From: Eledone cirrhosa
Taxonomy: Eukaryota
Assembly (NCBI GenBank): GCA_964016885.1
Contig: OZ024743.1
Coordinates: 244,032,001-244,096,000, forward strand
Direction of reading: 5' to 3'
DNA length: 64,000 bases
Shown here: positions 1 through 14,600 of the stretch, piece after piece
Position numbering within the stretch: position 1 is the first letter of the stretch
How the letters are laid out: each line of letters opens with the position of its first letter
Position numbers and translations under genes: made by a program
Notes under the pieces: generated by a model
What the model was told of the DNA's origin: nothing
Databases searched by the model: none
The model's input: only the letters and a program-made list of their open reading frames with translations

Positions 1-109
1 AATCTCTGTATCTCTGTCAAAGATAAAATTCACACACACACACACACACGCACACACACACACACACACACGCACGCACACACGCACACACACACACACA
101 TCCAAACAA

Positions 110-195
<86 letters not shown>

Positions 196-197
196 GT

Positions 198-405
198 ATG
201 TAAAAGGTAAACAGAAATAACAACACAATCGGTACAGTATATGGAAGGAATATATTAGGTTAACGCTTGAAATAGCAGGAAGAGGGACTTAACGTTTCGG
301 GTGCTAGTCCTTCATCAGAAGAAAGAATGATAAATAAGATAGATTGAAGGGACGGGCGGGGTGGAATTGGAGAAATTGGAAAAAATGTCTTTAGATAAAA
401 ATAAC
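198..405 (-). repeat. Dispersed repeat carrying a minimal hammerhead-like core (probable PLE terminal-repeat fragment), copy 1
   Basis: Near-identical to 24000-24195 and related to 55836-55990. Minus strand at 288-321 reads ctt-CTGATGA-aggactagcaccc-GAAAC-GTT-aag. Confidence 0.6.
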
Positions 406-457
406 AACTACGTGTGTGTGTGTAGGTAGTGATGTATGTATATGCATATATATATAT

Positions 458-1718
<1,261 letters not shown>

Positions 1719-1962
1719 TAGCTAATAAATGAAACACAGGAGGCAATTTTGCAGTTATATTAGGTTCGCGAGGTGCGTCTGAATAGTAACAGGACTTAGT
1801 GTGCTGTGTGAGCTATGAATGGGATAGAGATTAGCGGGTTGTGTTGACGTATTAGGTAATATCCAGGGTGTATATAACTGCGATCTCAGCTCTCTGCAAC
1901 CCTTGTGTGATTTTTTCTGGCGTGCTTTTGTCAACAGCTGCTCAATTTTAGGCCGTCGAGCA

Positions 1963-2117
1963 ATGAGCACAAAGCAACAAACCAGCCTGAAGTTTCTGGT
2001 CTGGCTCGGGTAAACTCAGCCAAAAGCACTCGGAATACTGCATCAAGTGTATGGAGATGAGACGTTGTCACGCTCACGAATTTTCGAGTGACACAAAATG
2101 TTTAAAGGGACGCGAGT
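1963..2117 (+). pseudogene. Mariner transposase N-terminal remnant
   Basis: Manual translation MSTKQQTSLKFLVWLG*TQPKALGILHQVYGDETLSRSRIFE*HKMFKGTRE resembles the mariner HTH region (KF.V.LGK...VYGDE.LSR..VFEW.K.FK.GRE), with in-frame stops. Confidence 0.8.
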
Positions 2118-2567
2118 GGCACAAAAGGTTTAAAGGGACGCGATGACTAGATTGAAGTATAACTATCGGTGTTGTGTGCAATTGCAAGTAGCATTACATC
2201 TGCTGATTCATTTTTATTGGGAGTACCTTTAAGTCTAAACTGTTGCGATCCGAAAGCTATTCAAAACTAATGGGATGTGAAACAGAAGAAGGAGGAAAAG
2301 TAAGCTCGTAATACCCCACAGAATTCATTTTGCACACCCGTGTTTGTGTGAAAATACAATTTGGAGCTGTTTGTGGTAATGTGTGTGTATGTATGTAAAC
2401 AAAACAAATTACATGCAAGAGAAAGAATGATACAATAAAGGTGGAGAAAAAACAAACAAACAAATAATTATATTAAAAATATATATATAACATTTAAAAA
2501 AAAAATTAAAATTCAATACAGATCTTATGTGCATGAGTGCTTTTCTTTGAATGAGTATGTTTTCACC

Positions 2568-2640
2568 ACCACAGATGTTGTTTCGCCACCACAGATGTTG
2601 CCGTTGCCACAGATGTTGCTATTGCCACAGATGTTGCTGT
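2568..2640 (+). repeat. Short tandem repeat containing ccacagatgttg (4 copies)
   Basis: Motif seen four times at about 18-21 bp spacing. Confidence 0.75.
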
Positions 2641-2654
2641 TACTGCTGTTGTAG

Positions 2655-3480
2655 TTAAAACGTTGATCGGTTGATGTAACAATTTTTGCATTTAGGATAT
2701 AGTTCTATATTTTGATGAAAATTGAGTTCGTCAAAGATTGTGTCTATATACTTTCTATGTTGTTCTTTTTTGTTTGTAAAAGTTGAATGATTGTTGAGAC
2801 TATCAGAAATTTCCATGTTCATAAAACTGTTCTGACTCCAACATTGTCCAACCACCAAGTGAAGACTGTGAATTCTTTTCTAACGTTGGGACACCAGTGT
2901 AGCAGTTGTATAATTTTGTATGTTGCGATAGAAGGAATTGGTTTGGGTTTTCGAAAGTTGTTTCTTTCGTTGTTAATCAGACTACGTGTTAGTAAGTCAG
3001 GGATCACCAATTGTTGCTAATGATATCGCTGCCGTTGCTTTCCCATATTATCCGAAAGCTGCATGCAGCATCAGTAAATACGTCGGAAAAATGCATCGGA
3101 AGGCTGTTCGATAAGTCAGGGTCACCAATGTATCGATGTTTGTATATTTTTGGTTGTAGCAAGAGAGATGGTTTGAGTTTGGTATTATTGTTGGTTGTTC
3201 ACTTTGGCGTGGTAGATGTTGTAGTAGTAATGTTGTTGGTTTGATGGGTGATTCCTTTGTGAAAAGCGAATGCTTATTGTTTTTGTACGAAGTAAAGTTC
3301 TTCTGGAATATACATATAGGAAAACATATTCCATTTCTAAATTTCTTTTTTTTTCTTCTCAAATTGCCGCATTCTGTAACAAAATATTTGTAGTGTTTGG
3401 CTACGAATGCTATTATGAATGGTTTAAGCCAAACCCACCCGTTGTGTATTGTTTATTTATTCATATTTATTTATATTTAT
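2655..3480 (-). pseudogene. Highly decayed Penelope-like element fragment (post-RT linker / GIY-YIG region)
   Basis: Broken ORFs with FRKPKPI, Cys-containing segments and YPKCKNCYINRS weakly resemble a PLE C-terminus. Multiple frameshifts. Confidence 0.4.
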
Positions 3481-4332
3481 TTATTTTATTGAAACTTATA
3501 ATAAGATTATATTAAACAAAGTTTGGATATACAAACTCATTAAACTACTATAATAACGGCATATTCGCTACAACTGCTTCGCTGTATACAGTTTGGATTT
3601 AGACTTTGGAACATGAAAATCTACAGTTTGTTGTTCTTCAAGAATTCGCCGGAGAACTCGTTGTAAAGAATATGTCATATTTATAATAGTTTAATATATT
3701 TACACACACACACTCACACATTCACATACACACAGCGAGGTTACCCATATGTTTATTTATATAAACGTATTATATATGTTTATGTATGTTTTCAGAAACA
3801 TCTATATTATACTTAAACACTATCTTAGTGCTACCGCAAATTAAAATAACCAGCCAAGTGTGCACTATATGCAAATGAGCATTTCCAGCCATGCTTTTGA
3901 TTTGATATATGCAAATGAGTATCTCCAGCAAATTATTGCCACACAAAATTCTATATAGACATATATAGTCTATTTCTGCTAGTACATTTTGAGTGAAAGT
4001 CGGATGAAATAATAACAAATCTTGAAACAGCGCTGTTTAACATTCTCAAAACCTACTGGCAACTGTATAATATATTCACAGAGGAAATTAGAGAAACATT
4101 TTTTCGTTACAATTTTTTTTTCTTCGGCAGCGAGGCTACCCATAAGTTGTATTATATATGTTGTTTTTATGGAGCGAGAGACTCCTAGTCTTCATTAACA
4201 AATCTTTCTAAGAGAAGGTCACTCTGATATAAAACCTACGACTTTGTTTGCATCCAATGATGTAGACCAGACATGCATATGTATATGCGTGTAGAAATAT
4301 GTATGTTGTATGATTTTGTGTATGTGTGTATG

Positions 4333-4398
<66 letters not shown>

Positions 4399-4423
4399 CA
4401 TACATATATACATATATGTATAT

Positions 4424-4458
<35 letters not shown>

Positions 4459-4834
4459 CATACATACATACATATATATATATACTCGAGATTTATCCTT
4501 AATAAGATATCTCAAAATGTGAGCAAAACCCATGGGTCGGGATTTAGTGATTTAATCCTGGTATGTATGTAAGCATTTCTAACTTTAATTTTTACCTAAT
4601 TATGTATGGTTGACCGTATATTTAATTAATTTCCACATGCTGTTGAAATGTTGGGTAAATATTCTATAGCTGTTGGCCGCTGCTGTGACGTATTTATTTA
4701 CTGTTTCTTCATAGGAGCCTTTTATTCTTATAGCCTGGTCTAATTGATTTTTTGTGTGGTTAATTATGCTGATTGGGAGTAGAGATGATGTATATATATT
4801 ATCAAATAATTCTCTGGACATGCTTTACTCTATA

Positions 4835-4899
<65 letters not shown>

Positions 4900-4904
4900 T
4901 ATCT

Positions 4905-5310
4905 ATTTAGGGTGGGTAAAATTCCCGAGATCCATGTACGAGCTCTCTCCAGCGGTCTCTGTCATTCATCATCGCCGCCATGTCCTGCGTCTCCAAGAGA
5001 CCTCTGTCTGTCCTTAGGGCATCAACATATGTCAACCTCGGTCTCCCTCTTCTAGTGTGTCCGTGTAGGGGCTCCCACAGGAGCACTGAGTGCAGTGTCA
5101 ACTCTGAATGTCGGTGAGCATGTCCAGCTAACCCCAGTCTCCTCTGTGTCACTTTTGAGCTGACATTTGGGAGGCTCCCGTACAGCTCTGAGTTCTTCAT
5201 CCTAAGTGTATACTGGTTAATGTTCAGAACCATCCTCAGCATTCTCGTGTAGCACCCATCCACCATCTGAGTGAGATTCTTGGTCAGTTTCCAAGTCTCA
5301 GACAGTGTGT
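4905..5310 (-). mobile_element. 5'-truncated RTE-clade LINE, 3' end
   Basis: SETWKLTKNLTQMVDGCYTRMLRMVLNI...RRLGLAGHAHRH...VLLWEP.HG..RRGRPRLTYVDAL...MNDRDRWR is a typical RTE C-terminus. Same family as 22780-23045. Confidence 0.9.
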
Positions 5311-5311
5311 T

Positions 5312-5362
<51 letters not shown>

Positions 5363-5426
5363 CCGTCGAAACGGGTTGAGTTCTGCCATCGGGGTCATAC
5401 TTTTTCCTATATATATATATATATAT

Positions 5427-5831
5427 GAATATATGTATAGTATATTTGGCAATATATCGTATATTTAATTTAAAACATTTAGAAGAACATACGCTATCAG
5501 TTTTAAAGTAGTGACTATGTCACTCCTTTTCGGCGAAAGAAGGGAGAGAAGCTGACAGTCTATTTCACGCTGGTTGGCGTTCATCAGAGCCACGTACGCC
5601 CTTGCTTTCGCCGAAAATTATAGAAGCTGGATTCTTATAGAATTCCACTAATAATCAGCAGCTGATTATACAGAGCGATTGCCGGTCCAGCAAAAATTAG
5701 ATATTAGGATTGGTGCTATGAAATAGCGATGTATACATGAATGTATGTATAGTATATTTGGGAATATACCGTCTTCTAAATGTTTTTAATTAAACATACG
5801 GTATATTGCCAAATATATTATACATACATTC
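5427..5831 (-). mobile_element. Non-coding hammerhead cassette (~312-bp monomer with terminal redundancy plus inverted arm)
   Basis: Direct repeat 5427-5460 / 5739-5772. Inverted arm 5772-5831 pairs with 5427-5487. Hammerhead at 5551-5590. Flanked by (TA)n. Confidence 0.7.
5551..5590 (-). ncRNA. Type I minimal hammerhead ribozyme
   Basis: Minus strand gcu-CUGAUGA-acgc caacca gcgu-GAAA-uagacug-UC-agc. Stem I gcu/agc, 4-bp stem II, near-palindromic stem III, GUC triplet. Confidence 0.8.
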
Positions 5832-6010
5832 AAATATATATAAATATATAAGTAGTAACACAACAGTTAGTTCACCATGTTCACCATATATATATATATA
5901 TATATGGTGAACTAACTGTTGTGTTACTACTTATATATTTATATATATTTTAGGATTGGTGCTGCTCTGAAATAGCGATGTATACATGAATGTATGTATA
6001 GTATATTTGG

Positions 6011-6052
<42 letters not shown>

Positions 6053-6055
<3 letters not shown>

Positions 6056-6661
6056 TGGCTGCCAACTCGTTTTCGAGTACGGCCATTACTTTATATCCAT
6101 GTAGGAGAACCCCTACCGATGCGCTGAACAAGTGTGACTTTTTAGTCCAGCCAGCGACTTGAACACTCTGGTACAAACACTACACTTGTGACAATTACTG
6201 AGACATAGTGCTGGGCTCATGGTACCATGTGACGACAAGTGCAGAGAGATCTCCAGATATAAAGCAATGCCTGTGCCGTGAAGCTTTTATAGTGAGCAAA
6301 GGCACTGCACAAAGCCAGTGTCCACTCTCTTAACCAAGATGATATTTACCAAAAAGAAGAACAAGTTAACATCATTGGATACCATCAAGGTTGCAGGTGT
6401 TATATCAGAGTTTTCCTTCTCCTAGAATTCTGTCTTGACAAAGGCTAAGGGGTCATCTCTCAGATGATTTTGGATGGCCATTTACTCTTAAGAGCTCCTT
6501 TGCTCTTTGACAGGTTTTGTTTTTAGTCCTGCAGGATGTCCAAAGTCACCCTCCTCACCAAAAAACCTTGGTGGCGTTGCCAGTTTAGTCGCCAACGACC
6601 CGACCATGAAACAGGTTGTACTGGGATACATGTTACCAGTAGCACCAACTGGTGACCTGAC
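6053..6661 (-). mobile_element. Non-autonomous RTE-derived retroelement, copy 1
   Basis: Highly similar to 40851-41383. The 3' part encodes a C2H2-like CSVCTRVFKSLAGLKSH resembling the RTE C-terminus at 38099-38400. The 5' part resembles 37690-37867. Confidence 0.75.
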
Positions 6662-6770
6662 ATATATATATATACATATATATATATACATACACACCTA
6701 CACAAAATCATAGATACATATTTCTACACGCATATATATATATATATGTATGTCTGGTCTACATCATTGC

Positions 6771-6923
<153 letters not shown>

Positions 6924-7797
6924 ATATTGCCTGATAATATCCATCAATATTTTCTGAAAAAGAATTATTGGTGCAACATAAATGGATGGATTTAGTAAGT
7001 GTTTCGCTTTCACAGTTAGTAAAATACTGAAATATAATATATAATGGTGATCTAAGTAACTATGTAAAGAATGGAAGGCAATGGACTTCCGTCGATTGCG
7101 AGTACAAGTGTTCTAGTCATTCAATTAATAGAACTTGTGAATTTAACGTGTAAGTGGCTGAGCATTCTACAGACAATTGAATCCTTAACATAATTCTCAG
7201 GGAGATTCAGCGTGACAGTGCATAACAAGGCTGGCCCCTTGAATTACAGATACAGTTTATCTGATGAGTTTCCAAAGAAACGTATATCCAATTGTACTCT
7301 TACAGACACACATACGCGTGAACTCAGATACACACATGTGCACATACGCACATGCACACACGCACTCATGAATACTTAAACACACAAACATCCACCCATG
7401 AACCCATACACAAACGTCCTGACCAGAGGATCAAACAGAGGCTCTGGTAGAAGACGCTTATCCAAGATGCCATAGAGTGGGATTGAACTCGTTACCTAAT
7501 GATTGTGAAGCGAACTCCTTCACCACCTGGTCATGCTACCTCGACAACTATGAAAGATTCTCTAATAGATTGTCACATTAATGTTTCCGATAAATGAAGA
7601 TTGGGTATTGGCAGAATCGTTAAGTGTTCGGCACATAACATTCACTATCGGACTTTGACGTTGAGAATTTTAATCTCGCACAGGTTAAATTTGTATTCTG
7701 GTCGATTGTAAAAAAAGTCCCAATCAAATTTCAGAATTTATTTAAACGACTATAACCTTCTTAAAATGTAAGATCTTGAGCCTGTGTAAAATATAAT

Positions 7798-7985
7798 TTT
7801 TCTACTTTTGGCACAAGGCCAACAATTATCCCAATGCATTACTGGTACTTTATTTTATCGACCCCGTAAGGATGAAAGGCAAAGTTAACCTCGGCGGGAT
7901 TTGAACTCAGAATGGCAAGGGCCGTAACTCTATGCGGCAAAGCATGGCGTCCGACCCTCTACCGATACTGCCAATCCACCACCCC
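7798..7985 (-). mobile_element. tRNA-derived SINE (Meta-domain-like core), young copy
   Basis: B-box gagttcaaatcc and core gcctttcatccttacggggtcgataaaataaagtaccag. TSD gtgtaaaatataat at 7784-7797 / 7986-7999. Confidence 0.9.
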
Positions 7986-8160
7986 GTGTAAAATATAATA
8001 GCTTGTTACGAGTTATGTAGGAGTAGAGCGAGTAATTTACATTGCCGAGTCTGCGATCTGGTTTCTATTCCTGGTTGAAGATATTTTACATTACTATCTA
8101 TCTATTCACCCTCTTCTCTTTCTCTCCCATCCTCTCTCGCTTTCTCTCTCTCACCCCACC

Positions 8161-8330
<170 letters not shown>

Positions 8331-8425
8331 ATATATATGTGTGTGTGTGTGTGTGCGTCTGTGTATGTGTGTATGTGTGTGTACGTCTTTCACCATTACA
8401 CTAAGACATTATTTACCAATAGATA

Positions 8426-8617
8426 GGGCGGTCGATTGGCAGTATCGGTAGAGGGTCGGACGCCATGCTTTGACGCATAGAGTTACGGCCCTTGCCATTC
8501 TGAGTTCAAATCCCGCCGAGGTTAACTTTGCCTTTCATCCTTATGGGGTCGATAAAATAAAGTACCAGTAATGTACTGGGTAATTGCTGGCCTTGTGCCA
8601 AAAGTAGAAACAATTAT
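8426..8617 (+). mobile_element. tRNA-derived SINE (Meta-domain-like core), young copy
   Basis: Same family as 7798-7985, in opposite orientation. 18-bp TSD attatttaccaatagata at 8408-8425 / 8613-8630. Confidence 0.9.
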
Positions 8618-8966
8618 TTACCAATAGATACCCACCTCATCCTCCGCTTTCTCTCACACAAAAGAAAGAAAGAACGAAAGAAAGAAGAAGAAGAAAAAGA
8701 AGAAGAAGGAGAAGAAGGGAAGTATAAATAGGACTGTGAAATCCCTTTATTGCCCCATTGTTATTGTACAACCTCACAATTTACAATGGCGGCCACTAAC
8801 CTTAATTCACTCACTCACCTTTCCTCCTGTCATTTCTCCTCCCACCTCCCCTTCTCTCTCCACCTCTCTCCACCTACCTCTCTTCCCACCTTCAATATCA
8901 CCTTTCCTCCTCCCACTACCAGCCTTGCTGCACTCCTTTACCTTCGGCAGGCTCCATCATTTTTAC

Positions 8967-8967
<1 letters not shown>

Positions 8968-9030
<63 letters not shown>

Positions 9031-9033
9031 ACT

Positions 9034-9115
<82 letters not shown>

Positions 9116-10940
9116 CACATATACTCACACACACACACATACACTCACACACAGACAAACACAAACACACACATACACACAAATACAAACACACACATAC
9201 ACGCATACACACACTCACACACACGCACACATACATACATGCATACACACATATACACGCTGACACACAAAAAGACACATACACGTGCGCTCAGATGCAC
9301 ACAGGTGCACATACGCACACACACACACGCATTCATATACACTTAAACACACACACATCTACACAAACGTCCTGACCAGACACACACACACACATGCACA
9401 CGTACATACGTACATACACAAACATACACGTATATATACTCACACATACTCCCCCCTCCATATCAGAGACGCCCCCCGCCCACACAGATAAACAACATGC
9501 ACTCAGGAGAAGACAAACATGCAATAACACACACCTACACACTTCCACCCACCAGAAACGCCCACAGAAATACGTACGCATACACACTCACACATGCGGG
9601 AACCCCCCCCCCACACACACACGTCTTACACGCCGCACAGTTACATACACATACAAACACACACACATACTTCCGCTCACGCACACACATGCATTTACAC
9701 TGCTATAGACACCATACACACACTCTGACATACACATATACACATAGGCCCATTCAAAAAGACACATAAGCACACTCATACACCCACGCACAGACACACA
9801 GACACGCAGATACACACAAATACCCACATACTTACTGATACATACACACACGTACAAACACACACTCATACACCCACGCACAAACACAGACACGCAGATA
9901 CACACAAATACCCACATACTTACTGATACATACACACACGTACAAACACACACTCATACACCCACGCACACACACACAGACACGCAGATACACACAAATA
10001 CCCACATACTTACTGATACATACACACACGTACAAACACACACTCATACACCCACGCACACACACACAGACACGCAGATACACACAAATACCCACATACT
10101 TACTGATACATACACACACGTACAAACACACACTCATACACCCACGCACAGACACACAGACACGCAGATACACACAAATACCCACATACTTACTGATACA
10201 TACACACACGTAAAAACACACACGTACATACACACACATACAAACACACACGTACATACACACACGTACATACACAACATACAAACACATAGACAGAAAG
10301 CCATTCATATATCTACTCAATAACACCCACAGATACAGAAAAACAACAAATTTCTACAAATTTCATACTTGACGACTCAATATAAACGCAGAGACACTCT
10401 TACACACAGAGATACTTACACACCCACATACTAACAAACACAGACATACACACACATATATCTACATGTATACAAACACACACACACATACATACAAATA
10501 TACACATACATACACACATACATACACGTACACACACACACATACATACACGCAAACACACGTACACACACACACATACAAACATACGCACACATACACA
10601 CACATACACATACATACGCGTACAAACACACACACACAATACAAACATACACATACATACGCGTACAGACGCACACACATACCTACAAACATACACGTAC
10701 ATACACACGCATACATACGTGTACAAACGCACTCACACACACAATACAAACATACACATACATACGCGTACAGACACACACACATACATATAAACATACA
10801 CATACATAGACACACATACATTCGCGCACAAACACACACACACATACAAACATACACATACATACAGATACACACACACACATACAAACATGCACATACA
10901 CACATACAAACATGCACATACACAGACATAGACACATACA
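8968..10940. repeat. Long degenerate (CA)n/(CATA)n low-complexity tract
   Basis: Dominated by CA/CATA units and explains the HT/VC-rich ORFs. Confidence 0.9.
9772..10225 (+). repeat. ~90-bp minisatellite, about 5 copies
   Basis: cacacaaatacccacatacttactgataca recurs at 9901, 9991, 10081, 10171 and about 9813. Confidence 0.9.
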
Positions 10941-11699
10941 CCGTACAGCAGTTAAATCCTCAACCACCTCACTTTAACTTTGAACAAAAAGAAAAATATC
11001 ATTCCACTTCACCACTCCAACCACGACCCTCACCACCTATTAATTTCTTTAAACAAACAAAACCATACTTTACACCTCCTCTTCAAGCACCAACTAGTAT
11101 TTCATTTTTTAAAATATATGTTTTGTTTATACACACATACAGGGACAGACCTGGCTGTATGGTTAAGGATTTCACTTCGCAAACACTTGTTTTCGGGTTC
11201 AGTCGTTCTGCGTGGTACTTTGAGCAAGCGGCTTCTACTATTGTCATCGGTCGGTTCATCAATGCTTTTTGAGGACAATTTTGTAGACGGAAACATCAGA
11301 AGCCTGTCGTATGTGGAGAGAGAGAGGGGGGGGGGGGGGGGCACGTGCGTGTCTCTGTTTACGTTTGTACTGTCTGTGTTTATGTCTCGAATCAACAAAA
11401 AGGGATCGATAAAATAAGTACGAGAATTGAAAAAAATAAGTACTGGAAGCGATAAGAGTGACTTCATACATGTACACACACATATAAACATACATGCACA
11501 CATATACGCATACATGCACACGCACACACATGTACATGCAAGCTCACACCCCTGCATATACACAAATGCATGTTTAAAGACTGTCATACATATACACACA
11601 TATGCTTACACAACTATTGTAAGTATTGAGGCCAGGTCTCCGATTTTAGAGTAACTTATTTTCTTTCTTTAGAAGCAGACTTCTTGTCTTAAAACCAGT

Positions 11700-11932
11700 T
11701 GACACTGATTAACAGATTGCTGACTGCTGAGGCCTAGAGGTGTATTTTCACTGCTCAGCTAAAGCAACATTATCTAGCAGACAGTTGACTGTTGAAGGCT
11801 ACAGGTAACCCAGACTAACCAGCTGTAGGCTGCTGAGGACCAGAGGAGTGTTTTTATTGCTCAGCTAAGACGACACTGACTAACAGACTTTTGATGCCTG
11901 AGGGCCAGAGGCGTGTTTTTACTGCACAGCTT
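11700..11932 (+). repeat. Degenerate tandem repeat (ctgagg..agagg.gtgttttt.ctgctcagct), 3 copies
   Basis: Motif recurs near 11727, 11833 and 11898. Confidence 0.55.
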
Positions 11933-12204
11933 ATGTGCATTCCATTTCCGTTTCAGTCTTTGTAAAGTGACCGCGGCCAGTTTTTTGTGACATTTTAAAA
12001 GTTGTTTCTTTGTTTAACTTTCAATCAAGCAAGTGGCCTACTGGTTATTGTCCAAATGCGCGTATGGCCAGTCCACTTCTGTCTCCCGCACTTTTTGAAT
12101 GTTTTGAAAATACAACGGGCACAACCCTCCCTCCACTGACTACCACAATTGACTAAGCCATGAAATCAAATATACGCATGTTTTCTGGGTGCCTTGTTAA
12201 TCCG

Positions 12205-12326
12205 GTTTGAGTTCAAATCCCGCCGAGATTAACTTTGCCTTTCATCCTTACGGGTCGATAAAATAAAGCACCAATAATGTACTGGGATAATTGCTGGCCT
12301 TGTGCCAACAGTAGAAACAATTATTT
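12205..12326 (+). mobile_element. 5'-truncated SINE, same family as 8426-8617
   Basis: gagttcaaatcccgccgag...gcctttcatcc...ggccttgtgccaacagtagaaacaatt. Confidence 0.85.
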
Positions 12327-12758
12327 ATCATAAGCTTACGGCTTATTTTCACAGCTTAATCAAGGAAGGAAGAGCAGCGACCAGGGCATCTGAGACAAAT
12401 ATGAGGAAGTTATTCTGAAACAGCCATTCTGACCTAAATGCTTGTAACAGAGTGAACTCTTCTAAAGGTACTCAAGGACCAGAGTTACTAGATTCTGTTT
12501 TCCCTGATAAGGTAGCAAGCTGAGTGGTTAAGAGGTTTGCTTTGCAATTAAGAGGTTCCAGATTCTACCCTACAGGGTAACATCTTGGACAATTACTTTA
12601 CTACAGGAGGCAAACTCCGCGGCCAAAAAATGAGTGGTACCTATAATTCCACAGTCCAGCCTTGTCATATACGACATTGGTTCTGTCTGAGAATTACGTT
12701 AAGATTACACGTGTCTGTAGAATACCCAATCACTTTCACGTTAATTGACTGAATGTTC

Positions 12759-13040
12759 AGGCGGTGAATTGGCAGAGTCGTTAAGACGTCAGATAGAATG
12801 TTTTACGGTATTCGTCCCACCTCATTGCGCGCTCTGCGTTCAAATCCCGTCATCGTCAACTTTGCCTTTCATCCTTTCGAGGTCGACTTAAAAAAGTACA
12901 ATTCCAGTACTGGGGTCGATTCTTCCTTTAAAGAAAAAATCGGCTGTGTTCAGACCTGGAGAGGGTTCGGCTCCACCAGGTTTAAAAGTGCCCTAGACAC
13001 ACCGTATGATGGTGCCTCTACGACTCCACAAGGAGTTTTG
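12759..13040 (+). mobile_element. SINE subfamily with the same core and a different 3' tail
   Basis: tRNA-like head, core gcctttcatcctttcgaggtcg, tail ttcagacctggagaggg...ccaggtttaaaa...acgactcc. Related copies at 18060-18350 (+) and 59960-60297 (-). Confidence 0.8.
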
Positions 13041-14275
13041 CAATCTTTATCCTTTATCATCGTTTTAATACTTTGCTTTCTCCAGTGTCTGCGGCAGGTA
13101 GTTTTTGCAACTGCATGTTTCCCAAGCAGTGAAATTTATTCTGTACACTTATTCAAATAAATCTGGAGGTAACTTTACTCAAATAACAATACTAAAAACT
13201 AAATAATGATCATGTGATAATAATTGCTAACACTTTCTTTCAATCTTCCCCAACACTTCTTCGGCTACGTTCGTCTTGTTTGTTAAAAGATTTCTAATTT
13301 AATATCAGCTCTCCAACCCAACAGAACACTTTCTTAAGAAGTGATAGATACAATAGAAGCTAAAAGTTTTGTCCTTAACTAGAACAAAAGTCTGATATAA
13401 GAAATAATTAATAAAAAAATGTGTTTATCTGTGTGATCATCTTGAGTGTGAAGCGTGAAAGTAAAAGAGAGAAGTAAAAGAGAAAAACTAGTCACGTGAT
13501 TGACAACGTATTATCTTATCCATTATCAACAAAACCACAAAACTGTAATGTGTTCGACCTCCACCGATTCCGACGACAGGTGTTCCAGTTGATGCTCATG
13601 AAATTAACATACAAGTAGCTAAACATTCCACAGACAGGTGAACCTTTAACACAGTGATTGACAAAACTGACCCTTTGAATTACAAATACAACTGATTTTT
13701 GTCAACTGAATAGACTGGAGCAGTATGATATAAAGTGACTTGCTCAATCGTACTGCCGAGAATTGATCCTGAGTCGAATAACTATAACCACTAAGCCATG
13801 CGCCTTCATGACAAAACTGTAATGATAGTTATATTGATTAAGTCGCCGTTAGAAAGAACAAACCCTGGTGCTGCGGAAGTGGTAGCAAGCGGAAGTGGCA
13901 AACAAGAGCGACGGGTAAGAAGTGGGGGAAGATTTTTTCTTCTCTTACCCGCAAACGCGCGCGCGCGCACACACACACGCACACGCACACACACACACAC
14001 AGACACACACACACACACACACACACGCATGCACACGCACACATATATATATATACATATATAATCTTTGTATTAAAGTCTATTTGTTATCGACTCTCAC
14101 AAGAATGGAAAGCAAGGGGGACCTTGACAGTGATTGAACTCAGAACGCAGAGAGTCAATTCACGCAGTAGGAAAAGTTAATCTAAAACTACATGAAACAT
14201 ATGACCTTCCTCTTTTAAGATTTGGCTATTATTTCTAGCGGGTCACTCTTTCGCTGGACATTTATTATTTATGTG

Positions 14276-14600
14276 AAGGCACGTGGCATAATGGTTAGAA
14301 TGGTGGTTTCACGATTGTAATATCGGGAATTTAATTCACGGAGCGAGTGGCGCGTTGTGTCCATAAGCAACAGAGTTTAATTTATGTTCTGTAAACTAAG
14401 CCGGAAAAATGAGTTGCGATGACACTGGTGCCAAGCTGTACTAGCAATTGCCTTTGTCTTGGACAATGTTGGTGACGTTGTGAGGGCTGACTAGTTTGCT
14501 TGGGCGAGAGCTGGTCTTCAATAAAACACCTTGTCCAGGCACCTTTCTTGGAGAAGAACTTTCCAGATGCAAACCCATTGTCCGCCATGACCTCCTTATT
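14276..14600 (+). mobile_element. Second tRNA-derived SINE family, decayed
   Basis: A/B-box-like head gtggcataatggttaga and body gacactggtgccaagctgta shared with 26508-26795, 49236-49352 and 61600-61834. Confidence 0.65.

Noticed and set aside
3558-3650. Possible decayed hammerhead on the minus strand (UUGAAGA...GAAG-caguug-UA)
   Set aside because: Two core mismatches and stem I is out of register, so it is not supportable.
6570-6661. HDV-like ribozyme at the RTE-derived 5' end
   Set aside because: GACUAA and a possible P2 are present, but P1/P3 could not be assigned consistently in both copies.
7255-7290. CTGATGA-gtttccaaa-GAAACGTA
   Set aside because: Core-like, but stem I and the closing pair of stem II do not form.
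8426-8520. tRNA genes
   Set aside because: The A/B boxes belong to SINE heads, with no cloverleaf or acceptor stem.
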